DNA from: Octopus sinensis
Taxonomy: Eukaryota
Reading direction: 5' to 3'
DNA length: 59,202 nt
NCBI RefSeq assembly: GCF_006345805.1
Contig: NW_021833090.1
Location: 1 to 59,202, forward strand
The notes beneath the pieces are model-generated. The model had not been told where the DNA came from, did no database searches, and was given only the letters and a program-made list of their open reading frames with translations. The translations under genes and the position numbers were made by a program. Of the stretch, positions 1 to 11,620 are shown in pieces (the stretch's first letter is position 1; each line of letters starts with the position of its first letter).

Positions 1-1030
1 TTTGTAGGCAAACACGTGGTTACAAATATATATATTTAAGGTCAGTTACTTTTGAAGCTGTGTAGCTTGCTACTGACTTGGGAGAGAAACAAATAGACGT
101 CTGTCCACTTCAACAGTTAATCCACTATCCACTATCCTTCAGTCAGATCTACTGGCTGTTATCCAATGGGCAGAAAAAAAACAATATGCTGCTGAACGAG
201 GATAAATTTGAGCTAATCCACTTTGGAAAAGAGGATGCCCTGAAACTCCCATACTCCCTTCCTTCAGGTGAAACTCTCGCGGCGTCCAACAACATCAGAG
301 ACCTGGGAGTAATTGTGGACAACAACGTAAGCTGGGCCATCATCATAAACACCAAAGTTGACATGGCCCGCAGAATGTGTTCCTGGATTCTCAGAACTTT
401 CCAGTCGAGAGATATCCACACCATTATCCTTCTCTTCTCCACTTTTGCCCGACCCCACCTTGAATACTGTTGTCCACTGTGGTCTCCCCACACAATACAA
501 GGTATCATAAAAGTTGAAGCACCTCAAAGGGCAATCACAAAAAAGATAGATGGCATGACAGGCCTCGACTATTGGGGTCGACTAGAAAGCTAAAACTCTA
601 TTCTCTCCACGTCGTCGTGAGCGCTACATCATCTGCATGATGTGAAAATATTCCATCAGCATTGCCCAAATGATGTTGGCATCACCTTTAAGGTACATCC
701 AAGGCTTGGGCCCCGTGCCATCCGCCCAAAACAAAAATCGCACTCTCATCTCATAACAACAATACGGCACAATTATTTCACCTCAATTGGCCCCGCTCTC
801 TTTAACATTACACAAAACACATTAAAACAGAAACTGACCCTATAGGGTTCAAGAAGTCTTTGGACAGATTCCTTCAAGAAATCCTGGATAAACCCCCTAC
901 ACCCGGATATGTCTCTGTAAACAATAACTCTCTACTTGAGTGGGCCATAGTGCCCAAATTCTGACTTGAAAGACTTCACCAGGTGGTGCTATTAAGTTAG
1001 ACATGGCCTGGGCCAATAATGGCCGAAACC
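1..1030 (+). mobile_element. CR1/L2-group LINE, 3' fragment (RT C-terminal region, 3' UTR, short repeat tail), frameshifted
   Basis: ORF 78-593 has LGVIVD, LFSTFARPHLEYCCPLWSPH and QRAITKKI motifs typical of the post-RT region of CR1/L2 LINEs. Ends in TATCAAAGTATCAAAG then (TA)n. Confidence 0.85.
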
Positions 1031-1045
1031 TATCAAAGTATCAAA

Positions 1046-1076
<31 letters not shown>

Positions 1077-1361
1077 TAGATAGATATCTGTCTGCCTGCC
1101 TCTATCTCTCCTTTGAATTTTTCCAAAACATTTCCTTATAATGGGTTTTACTGTTAATTTACTTTTTCTATTTTCATAGTTATTCCTCCCAATCTTTCTC
1201 TTTTTATACTTTCGCTCGGGCCCCACTTTTCATTTACACATTCCCAAATATGCTGCATCACTACACATGTTTTATTTCCATATTTTCTCCATCTGTCTGC
1301 CTGCCCCCCCCCCTTTCTCTCTCTTCCTCACACTCTTTCCCATTATATATATATATACTCT

Positions 1362-1452
1362 TTTTTTTTTTACTCTTTTACTTGTTTCAGTCATTTGACT
1401 GTGGCCATGCTGGAGCACTGCCTTTAGTCGAGCAAATCGACCCCAGGACTTA
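1362..1452 (-). mobile_element. 3' tail fragment of tRNA-derived SINE family A
   Basis: Near-identical to the 3' end of the copies at 8824-9237 and 41957-42372 (GCATGGCC-CAGTCAAATGACTGAAACAAGTAAAAGAG). Confidence 0.8.
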
Positions 1453-4400
1453 TTGTGCCAATGTGGACTTGGACCAATCGCATCGGGTCGTCTAGATCGT
1501 ACTTAGATAGAGTGTTTTGTAGGCCAGCGGATAAGGACAGCGTAGGGTGTCCACAATTCCACCTAGTCGACTATATGGACCACAAATTAGGGATCTGTAC
1601 GGTCGACTTAGATAGGCTACATAGACAGGGACCCGGCTATTGGAAGCTGAACACGTCGTTAACGGCATGCAAAGCTTACTAGTTAAGCGGGCGCTCACGG
1701 GGGCAATCATCAACAACAACTGGTGGTTTGCCCTCAAGAGAGTAGAGTCGATTAGGTATAGTAAGACTCTAGCTATTGAACGTAGAAAGAGAGAGCGGGA
1801 TTTAGTTAAGAAACTAGACGAGGCTCTTGAGACAGGCATCGTGACCGACATGTTGGCGGCAAGGTTGGCCCTCGACCAACACTTCGATGCCAAACACGAA
1901 GGCTGCGTTGTCAGAGCTAAGGCACGTTCGCTAAGCGGGGAGGGGACTAGAGCCGCTCGATGGGCCCGCGTGGCGGAGGTGAAGCGAGGCAACAAAGCAA
2001 CCATTTGGTCTTTGGTGGACCAGAATGGGTGCGAGGTTACCGAACCGAAGCAGATGTGTACGGTGCTTCAGCGGCACTTTGCTCAACTGTTTGGGACGAG
2101 CGGTGAAACGCACAATGGTGCAGACTTCGGTGTGTACCTGGACGGCCTACCACAACTCTCAGACAGCGAGGCAGAGTGCTGCAAAGGTCCGATATCTGCC
2201 TGGGAAGTGGAGGAAGCGATGAAGAGTTGCACGAGAGGTAGATCGCCGGGTTTGGATGGTTTGCCCTACGAGCTTTACACTTCAATGCCAGACTTGTTTG
2301 CGGGCCTGTTGGTAAACGTCTACTGCAACTGGCAGCAAAACGGGAGAATTCCTGCTTTTGTCTGTTGAGGAGTGGTGGCTTTGCTGAAGAAGGACCCAAA
2401 CAAGGGGGACGTTATAGGGAATTTTTGGCCCATCACTCTGCTCAATGCAGAGTTGAAGATTTTGGCCAAGGTACTAGCCAAGAGATTGGCGCTTGTCGTG
2501 GACAAGCTGGTTGGCAAGACGCAGATATGCGCCGTGCCGACCAGGTCGATACACGACAACCTCCATCTCATGCGCTACATCATAGAGAGGGTGGGTAACG
2601 ACGCTGGCGCGGGTGGGGCTTTGATCAACTTAGATCAGAGTAAAGCCTTAGATAGGGTCGACCATCGGTACCTGGCAGCTGTTCTCAAGGCAGCCGGCTT
2701 CGGTCCAGTCTTCTGTGGGTGGATAGCTGCTTTATACAGCAACATCTGCTCGGTGATACGGGTGAACGGTCACCTTTCGGAACCGTTCGACATCTCGCGT
2801 TCGGTCCGCCAAGGATGCCCTCTCTCCTCCCTCTTGTACATATTGACTCTCGAGCCATTACTGCGCAAGTTGGAGGCTTTGAGGGGTATCCCGCGCGATC
2901 TAGGAGGCGGAAGCAGCGTGTCTGCCTATGCCGACGACGTCATCGTGATGGTGTCGAGCCACAGGCACATTGGCAAGACACTAAACGAGTACGAAGCGGT
3001 GACAGGGGCAAAGATTAACGCGGAAAAGTCTGTGGGCTTGCAACTGGGCACCTGGAGAGGCAAGCCCATGCCGTCCAACAGCGTCGTAGGGCACTGGACA
3101 GATGGACCCGTTAAACTGCTCGGGGTCTGGTTCGGTCCGGACCTCCAGGTGGATAAGAACTGGGAAGAGGTGACAAGCAGGGTGGCACGCCTCACCCAGA
3201 AATGGGCCGAGAGGAAGCTGTCCCTGAAAGGTCGAGCGGAGGTGGCGAATGCGTACATTGCATCCATCATCTATTACCGCTTGACCATCGTCCCTTGTCC
3301 CGACCGCTGGTTGGCCAAGCTGGTACGCCTGCTCTTCAACTTTTTGTGGAAGGGTCAGGTGCCACTGGTCAGGCGATCCATCTGCTGTCAATGACCGCTG
3401 AACGGAGGCCTTGGAACGCCGTGGTTGCTGATGCGCAGACATGCGCTCAGGCTGCGACATCTCAAGTGTTTCCTAGACGGTGAACAGGTGTGGTCGTCTT
3501 TTGTCAGACGCAACTTTCCGCAGCTCGTCTTTTTTGCAGACCTGGATCAAACGTAGACCGAGAAAGGGCGCTTGGCACCTCGAGTGTCGTCAAGCTCTCT
3601 CCGCGGGCAATGCGATCGGTTACAGCTCCACTCTATAGAGGGTTAGCGGAGGAAAAATGCGACAACGTTCTCAGGGAAACTCTAGGCATTGAAGATGACG
3701 AACTGTTCGGGAGGACTTTCGGGTCGGGGCCGATGGATAATTTCCAGAGGTCGCTCGCCTGGCAGTGCTACCGAGGGGCTCTGCCTGTTCGGGATAAACT
3801 CTACCGGCACAGAAGTGCTGGGCCTGCCCGAGGTGTTGCTAGGACGACGAAACCGTTCTGCACGCACTCGTCCAGTGCCCAAGTATTGCTGAACTATGGG
3901 TTTATGTCGAACAGCTACTGTCACGTGTAGGACGGATCCGACTATCAGCCGAATCCATAGTGAAGATTGCCCCGTCGACCTCCCTTAACAAGGAGGGCGA
4001 GGCCGTTTTCTTGTGCCTAGTGGCTGTGGCGAAAGAGGTGGTATGGTGGACCCGTTTGAAAGGGCTAAAGTCAGACACTTTCCTCTTTGGTCAAGGCCTC
4101 ATCAACTTTTTCAAGTTTCACTTGAAAAGGAAGATGAGGTTAGAGAGGAGAGTGCTGTCCGATAGCAAGTTTTATGAAAGGTGGGTGAATTGTGCGAGAA
4201 TGGCCAGTATAAATGGACCAGTTCTCAGGTTTCGCCTGTGATTCAAAAAGGTAATATAAAAGGAGAAAAGGGGCCCTCTACCCCCCTTTTTGACCAGGCT
4301 CCCGTTGGCTTTTATGGGTTTTTTCCACCAGGAACTTTTCGTAACGCCTCCCCCTTTTGGGAATTTTTCCTGGTTAAATATTTTCATTGTAACCTTTCGT

Positions 4401-4490
4401 CTTGTTCTGTCCCTTTATGTTTTCAAATCATGTGTGTCAGCCCTTGTGGCCAATAAAAAGAATAAATTATTATTATTATCATCATCATCA
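1453..4490 (+). mobile_element. Tx1/L1-clade LINE, 5'-truncated, disrupted ORF2 (APE end, RT, zf-RVT-like C-terminus)
   Basis: GPGYWKLNTSL (APE end), RSPGLDGLPYE, WPITLLNAELKILAKVLAKRL, RQGCPLSSLLY, YADD, LAWQCYRGALPVRDKL. Stops at 2366 and 3392 plus frameshifts. 3' end GGCCAATAAAAAGAA followed by (TTA)n(TCA)n. Confidence 0.9.
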
Positions 4491-7413
4491 TCATCAAGAG
4501 GAGTCGTTCAGGTTAATAAACAAATAAATGTTAGAGTTTATACAGGGGTGGTAATTATTTTGAAAGAGTAGGGCAGTAACATGAAGCATCCCAAAAAGTC
4601 GATGATTTTTTTTTCTTAAATCTTACGAAAGATATGGATAGCGTCAACGCAAATTAAGACAGGTGTCTAAATCGTCCCACAGTTGTCTTTACGATGTACT
4701 TCCCCACTTTATTACTGTGTTTAGGGCAGAAGGGTTTTGCCCTTAACAGAAGGGTTTGGGGTTATAAGAGAGAAGAGAGGGGTTGCTGTAAAAGTGGAGT
4801 GCGAAATGTTAGCAAGTCAGTGTAATCTAATTATAAAGTTTGTTTACAACACTATTCTAAACATTCAGAAATGTGTCGGGTAATTCGAGAATAGAGAGGA
4901 ATTTCATACTGAGAACTTTTTAATTCTTAACATAGGGCTAAGATCAAATTTCAACAATATCTTGACGAAATCACTAGTTGTTTTACGACGACAGTTTTCG
5001 TGTCTTTAAATAAATAATTATTTTACATATATGATAATTTGATCACAAGGGAGGGGTGTCACGATTATTAACATTATATAAAATTGTCATCCATTTAACA
5101 TTGTATTTCATCGAGACCGCATTTATATTTTAGTTGTGGATCCATGTCTGTTTCTAATAAAAATACACGATTTTTACCCTTAAAAGTCGAGTAACTTCTA
5201 CAATGAAGTCAAAGACTATATTTTAATAAAACCCAAATAATTAAATATCAAATTACTATAACGAGCATTTGTTATAACAACTGAAAATCGTGGTTGTTTT
5301 TGTTTTGTTTGAATACAAGATTTTATAGAAAAAAAAAGAAAAAAGCAACAAATCAAAACATAAACTATTTTATGAAAATAACTATTTCAAAACAAACGTC
5401 CGAAGGAGTAGAAGAAATATTAATGTAAAAAATAAAACAAAACATCATTCAAAAATAAATAAATATTGTGTGATTTTTTTTTTTAAAACATGAAGTAGTA
5501 TTACCTTATACAAGCAGACAGGTCTTTTCAGAGACATCGGAAGACACTGAAGAGCCGAATCATTTTTTTTTTATTACATATTTGAAACTAATTACATCTA
5601 AATGCCCTGGTTTTGATTCATACGAAACTCACGTTCACCCAAGATGAAACAAAATGGTCGACCCACAAAGAATATGAATTATACAACTGCTAATAAATGT
5701 TACAGACATTATTATAGTACTTCTAAACATACACTTATCGGCTCCTAATTCAGTTGGATTGCGTATGCAATTTATCTTTACAAGGTAAATCGAGTTCATT
5801 AGTTCAAAATTCAAATGAAAATGAAGGACATTAAATGAATAAAACAAAGAAAAAAAGTTTATAATAAGAAGCATTACTCGCTCAGAGGTGCTTATTATGT
5901 TTCGTTACCTTTAAAACTTTATTATTGTGGTTATAGTTATTTTAATATTAAAAAGCCAAAAATATTATTATAACTGTTGCCGATGTCACTGTGTCCTGCC
6001 TGTGATTTTTCCACCCCGTTTTACAACAAGTATTTATTTTACATTCCTATAGCACCGAATCACTGGTTAAATTTAACTACTCTGAGAAATATATCGCATT
6101 TATACACTAGAAATTAAAAAAAAAAAGTAATAACCGTGAACATAGACAATTAAATGATTTTTGAAGTTTTAAATTGTGCCCAGAATCATAAACATCATCA
6201 GTTATTGAAATAATTAGAGCTGATAATATAAATACCTTCGTTTATGGTAACCAAAATATTCCGTTCCATTAAGTAAGTTGTCTACTACAAAATATCATCC
6301 TCTCAAGTGAAAATAGAAAACCTTCACCTTCCTTTTTTCTTGTTCTGGTTTTGTTTTTGTTTTTGTGCTCTTTTTACTTAAACGTAGGTAAGGTTGTTGC
6401 TGCATGTTGTAATCATCTGAGGCTGATGTTTATTCTAAGTCATCTTCTATAATTGGATATAGTGTTTACAGATAAATATTAATACTCTCTCTCGAGTTAT
6501 AATATTGATTTTTATTTTTTTCATGGGCACGAGACTTGTAGATTTATAGAACAGGTGGAGGCTGTGTCATTTCCATGCCTTTCAGAAGGGCATCAAGATC
6601 GCATACGATGTGAAATTGCTACGGGTGTTTTGACGAGATGCACTGAGATTTACCATTAAATTTCTTGAGATTGGTACAGTTTATTTTTGAAATGAATTAA
6701 AATGGTATGTCGAAGTTCTTTTCAATAAATAAATGAAAATATAAAACGTTAGAATCCCTAATCCAAACGTGGCTACTGTCTCACTCTGCTCTGAGTTTTT
6801 ATATTGATTTTCTTGGGGCACATGGCCAATTTTTTGACGAGAAAGCTTAGTTGTTGAATAAATCCTAATATATCACTGACTTTTAATTCATTAACCCTAG
6901 CAGAAGCCTTATTGTTTCTGAAAGCTCATTGCCTTCTTAAATTCTTAGATTTCATAGTTATTGTTGCTTCTTAGATCTATGTCACCTCTGATGGAGCAAT
7001 TCTATGATTAAAGACATTCCAACCGTGATCATCCTATCTTCTTTTCAGATAAGTTTCTCTGCCAGTTTCGATAATTAGCCTCCAGTTGTTCGGTCAACTG
7101 AATTCCTTCTCGTAAAATTAACGTGTAAATGGTTGCGTATTCTACAGGCACGTGTGACTTACGCAACTGTCGGGCTGAATTAGCGAGACATTGTGACAAG
7201 ACTAGACTTCTTGAATTGCAAGAACAACCCAGAGAATGAGAAAAGAAGGAACGGCGCTTCTTTTGTTTCTAGGGCCCCCTAAAGTGAAACGATTGATCTT
7301 GTCAGAAGCTGGTGCTTCTCAGATTAAGCGGATATAAAGTTTTAAATAATAGTTCAAGTGTGTTCGTATCAATTTCAATGGTCACACCAACACCATTGAT
7401 TTGAATTGGATTT

Positions 7414-7831
7414 TTAGTAAAAAGCCCTGTGCATATATTACGACGAGCAAAACGCCCCCCCCCCGTCCAATGGACGGTGCTGAGTTGTCAAACATGTAAA
7501 CCAAATTTTCTCAAAATAACTTGTCCGACCGTTCCATAGGCCTCCCCTTTCAGAAACACTGATTTAACCTAAATTTGAGACACCGTGCATTTTTCTCGCG
7601 TACGCGTAGTATAGATCGCAACAGCTGATGTACTTTCGCGTACAAATGCACGTTCCCACGGCTTTATCGATCGCATTCTCACCTGGAATCGATTTTTGTA
7701 ATTTTTTCAAGACTTATACACGCCCTGATACCGTCGGTATTTACATATCAAATTTGAGCGCAATCGGATGGAGGATGCCCGAGATCCTAGAAGACACACA
7801 CAGACAGACAGAACGGATTTTATATAATAGA
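7414..7831 (-). mobile_element. Probable non-autonomous Helitron
   Basis: Minus strand starts A|TCTATTATATAAAAT followed by (CTGT)n. It ends in a degenerate GC hairpin and CTAA instead of CTAG. Confidence 0.5.
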
Positions 7832-8417
7832 TAGTTGTTCTTCCTGCTGACACGCTAAAGCGGTATTGGTGGTGGTAAGTGATTTAGCTATTAACCTTTT
7901 TATTACCATATCTCTGTTGAAACTCACTACCTTTGTTTCAATTAATTTTTAAAATAATGAAGATTATTTTAACAATATAACTTTGTCCTTATTAAACTTG
8001 AATGTGGGGCATAAATTAACATGAAATTTTGATGAAGGCTTTTAATTTAGATTGTTTTAAAACATGAAGTTTGTTTCATAGAATCAGGGGCAATCTTGGC
8101 CAGGCTGGTATTCACATCTATTATTTATTCTTTTGTTTGTATCTGAAACTGAATAAGTATTAAATACATAAATATACAAGAAATACGTACACGTCTAGTT
8201 TAGAATATTCAAATGTATGCATGTGTGTGTGTATGTATGTATGTATGTATGTTTGCATGTATGCATGTAAGATTATCTATCTATCTGTCTGTATGTGTGA
8301 GCAGATCTCTCTGTTAGTTTTTGTACCCCTATTGCTTCTTGACAATAGGAACTGGTGTTGGTTTGTTTATGTCCTTACAACTTTGTAGTTTGGCTAAAGT
8401 GACTGATAGAATAAGTA

Positions 8418-8671
8418 ATACTAAATGCACCCTTTTAAAGCCTAGCCAGGCTCATGGGCTCAGTTTCCCGGTTTCAATGGCGTGTGTGTTCCCTAACTGG
8501 ACGGGACGCCAGTCCATCACAGCGTTATTCATTTTTGCCAGCTGAGTGAACTGGAGCAACGTGAAATGAAGTGTTTTGCTCAAGAGCACAACGTGTCACC
8601 CGGTCCAGGAATCGAAACCACAATCTTACGATCATGGTGCTGACACCCTAACCACTAAGCCACACGCCTCC
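8418..8671 (-). mobile_element. tRNA-derived SINE with V-domain-like core, inserted into an older SINE with a 15-16 bp TSD
   Basis: Head GGAGGCGTGTGGCTTAGTGG...GGTTTCGATTCC; core GATGGACTGGCGTCCCGTCCAG; ACTGATAGAATAAGTA repeated at 8402-8417 and 8672-8687. Confidence 0.8.
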
Positions 8672-8823
8672 ACTGATAGAATAAGTATCAGGCTTTAAAA
8701 GAAAATAAGTACTAGGTGTCAATTTTGTTTGAATAGAAACCTTTCAAGGTGGTGCACCAGCATGGCTGCTGTCCAACAGCAAGTAAAAAAAATCCCCAAA
8801 AAGCTAAAAGATATTCCACAGTT

Positions 8824-9237
8824 AGGCGCAGGAGTGGCTGTGTGGTAAGTAGCTTGCTTACCAACCACATGGTTCCGGGTTCAGTCCCACTGCATGGCAC
8901 CTTGGGCAAATGTCTTCTACTATAGCGTCGGGCCGACCAAAGCCTTGTGAGTGGATTTGGTAGACGGAAACTGAAAGAAGCCCATCATATATATATATAT
9001 ATGTATATATATGTATGTGCGTGTATGCTTGTGTGTCTGTGTTTGTCCCCCTAGCATTGCTTGACAACCGATGCTGGTGTGTTTATGTCCCTGTCACTTA
9101 GCGGTTCGGCAAAAGAGACCGATAGAATAAGTACTGGGCTTACAAAGAATAAGTCCCGATGTCGAGTTGCTCGACTAAAGGCGGTGCTCCAGCATGGCCG
9201 CAGTCAACTGACTGAAACAAATAAAAGAGTAAAAGAG
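8824..9237 (+). mobile_element. Full-length tRNA-derived SINE family A (head, internal (TA)n, body, GTAAAAGA tail)
   Basis: A-box-like TGGCTGTGTGG and B-box-like GGTTCAGTCCC; multiple homologous copies in the window. Confidence 0.85.
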
Positions 9238-9282
9238 TTCAATACATTTCTTTTTAGTATCATCATTTTGTTAGTGATTAAG

Positions 9283-9490
9283 GTGGTGAGCTGGCAGAAT
9301 CGTTAGCATGCTGGACGAAATGCTTAGCAGTGTTTCACCCATCGCTATATTCCGAGTGCAAATTCTGTCGAGGTTGACTTTGCCTTTCATCCTTCCAGGG
9401 TCAATAAATTAAGTACCAGTGTAACAGTGGTTGATGTAATCGACTGGTCGGCTCCCCCAAAGTTTCAGGCCTTGTGCCTTTAGTCGAAAG
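9283..9490 (+). mobile_element. tRNA-derived SINE family C (central GCCTTTCATCCTT...GGGTC domain, recalled as Meta-like)
   Basis: Homologous head and core with 26824-27042, and with degraded copies near 40440-40560 and 49985-50180. Confidence 0.75.
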
Positions 9491-10469
9491 TATTACTTTG
9501 TTGATGATTAAGAGGCAGACCCAGTTGCAAGATGAAGACTTAAAACTAATTTTAATCCTTAAACTAGCTCTTTTGATAGATTAATCTGTCATGTTTACAG
9601 CTTTCCTCCTTTATATGTCCTTATATTCAATTAAGATAGAGAAGTGAAAAGCATAACAAAAGCTTCAACTAATCCTAACACTATCCTTGACTCCTAATTC
9701 ACCTTAGGTTTGAGCACTAAATGTAAAACTTCATGTGAATCTGTAAATTGATGTGAGCTTGCCAACAAGATTGAATTGCTGAAAGCTGAAATAATCCCTT
9801 TTTAAGCCACACTTCTTTTTTATATTCTATTATGTCTGTGTGTGTGTGTGTGTGTATGTGTGTTTGTCTGTCTGTCTGTCTACTATAACCTTGAGCCAAC
9901 CAATGCATTGCATGGAAGCCTGTCATATGTGTGTGTATCTTTACGGCCATGTTTGCTCCCTTCACACTGTTTGACAACTGGTGTTGCTTTGTTTACGTTT
10001 TTGCGATCTAGCGATTCAGTTAAAGAGATTGACGAAATAAATACCAGACTTTAAATATAGGGCTTGATTTCTTTGATTAAAAACCCTTCAAGGCAGCACT
10101 TCAGCATGACCACTGTCCAATCACAGAAAGAAAAGAGTATATATATATATATATATATATATAGCAAATGAAAGAAAGAAGATGGAATAGATGAGAATTT
10201 ATTATTAATTACGACAATTGTTTTGACACATCTAGCATTGTTTCCTCTTGGACACTCAACAACTGGTTCAGAAGCATCCAGTGATGCAGGTGTATCTCAT
10301 CGGGTGATAAATAAATGTGACTTGTTAAAATGACTGTTCTGCAATGTAACTTTTCATTTTTGTAGAGAAAAGGCAACCAGACGGAGGAAATATCTTCATT
10401 TATATAGAAAATCAAAAATAAAATCACAGATAGCAAAAAAAGAAATGAACACGCAATCCAGCAAGAAAA

Positions 10470-10545
<76 letters not shown>

Positions 10546-10546
<1 letters not shown>

Positions 10547-11051
10547 CTATATATATAAAACTCTAGTTGTGTGAGTGTCTGTCCCCTTCGATTTAGATTC
10601 CTAACTCCTCCCACATTTTGCAGTGCAGTTTAACCAAATTCGGGTATCTTATAGTCGTGATTCATATCGAGCCCGTCTGACTATTAGCGCGCGTCAACGA
10701 TGAGTCTACGATTTTAAAAATAATTTAACATCATTTTTTATTCCATTTTAATGCATAAAATGCATCGTATGTCGATGGCGGCAGAGTTGGCGTCCACGCT
10801 CACAGCTGCACCTGTTTGCTTCTCCCCCTTCCCTCCCTCGTGAAGCTGTGGGGAAGGGAGTGTAAAGAAATCAACGTCGTAATGCGTTGTGAAGGAAACC
10901 AGCGTTCTTTTAGAACAACGACTTCATGGCTTGAAGACACCAAAACAAAAATGGCTAAGAAAGCCCGAATTTATAAGGGAAGTAACTCTCTAAAAATGCT
11001 TATATAGTTATTTCCCTTACAAACCCGAGCAACGCCGGGCGATACTGCTAG
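10546..11051 (+). mobile_element. Non-autonomous Helitron inserted in (TA)n
   Basis: 5' A|TCTATATATATAAAA; 3' hairpin CCCGAGCAACGCCGGG (11024-11039), then CTAG|T; no TSD. Confidence 0.7.
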
Positions 11052-11064
11052 TATATATATATAT

Positions 11065-11620
11065 AGGCGTAGGAGTGGCTGTGTGGTAAGTAGCTTGCTT
11101 ACGAACCACATGGTTCTGGGTTCAGTCCCACTGTGTGGCACCTTGGGCAAGTGTCTTCTACTATAGCCTCGGGCCGACCAAAGCCTTGTGAGTGGATTTG
11201 GTAGACGGAAACTGAAAGAAGCCCGTCGTATATATGTATATATATATATACAGCAGGAAATTGTAGTTGTGGCTGAAGCCAGTGCAGCCTGCCTGGCACC
11301 TGTGTAAGTAGCACATAATAAACACCATCCAAACGTGGTCAATGCAACTCTCCCCTTACTGGCTCCTGTGCCGGTGGCATGTAAAAAATCACTATCCAAA
11401 TGTGGTCGATGCCAGTGCTGCTTGACTGGCTCATGTGCCGGTGGCACATAAAAAGCACCCACTACACTCTTGGAGTGGTTGGCTTTAGGAAGGGCATTTA
11501 GCTGTAGAAACCTTTCCTCATCACATTTGAGCCTGGTGTAGCCTACTGGCTTGCCAGTCCCCAGTCAACCATCCAACCCATGCAGGAATGGAAAACAGAC
11601 GTTAAATGATGACGATGATG
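11065..11620 (+). mobile_element. Composite SINE: family A tRNA head, (TA)n, family B body with RTE-type (GAT)n tail
   Basis: 11065-11230 matches the head of 8824. 11252-11620 matches family B copies (32245-32692) and ends GACGTTAAATGATGACGATG. Confidence 0.75.
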
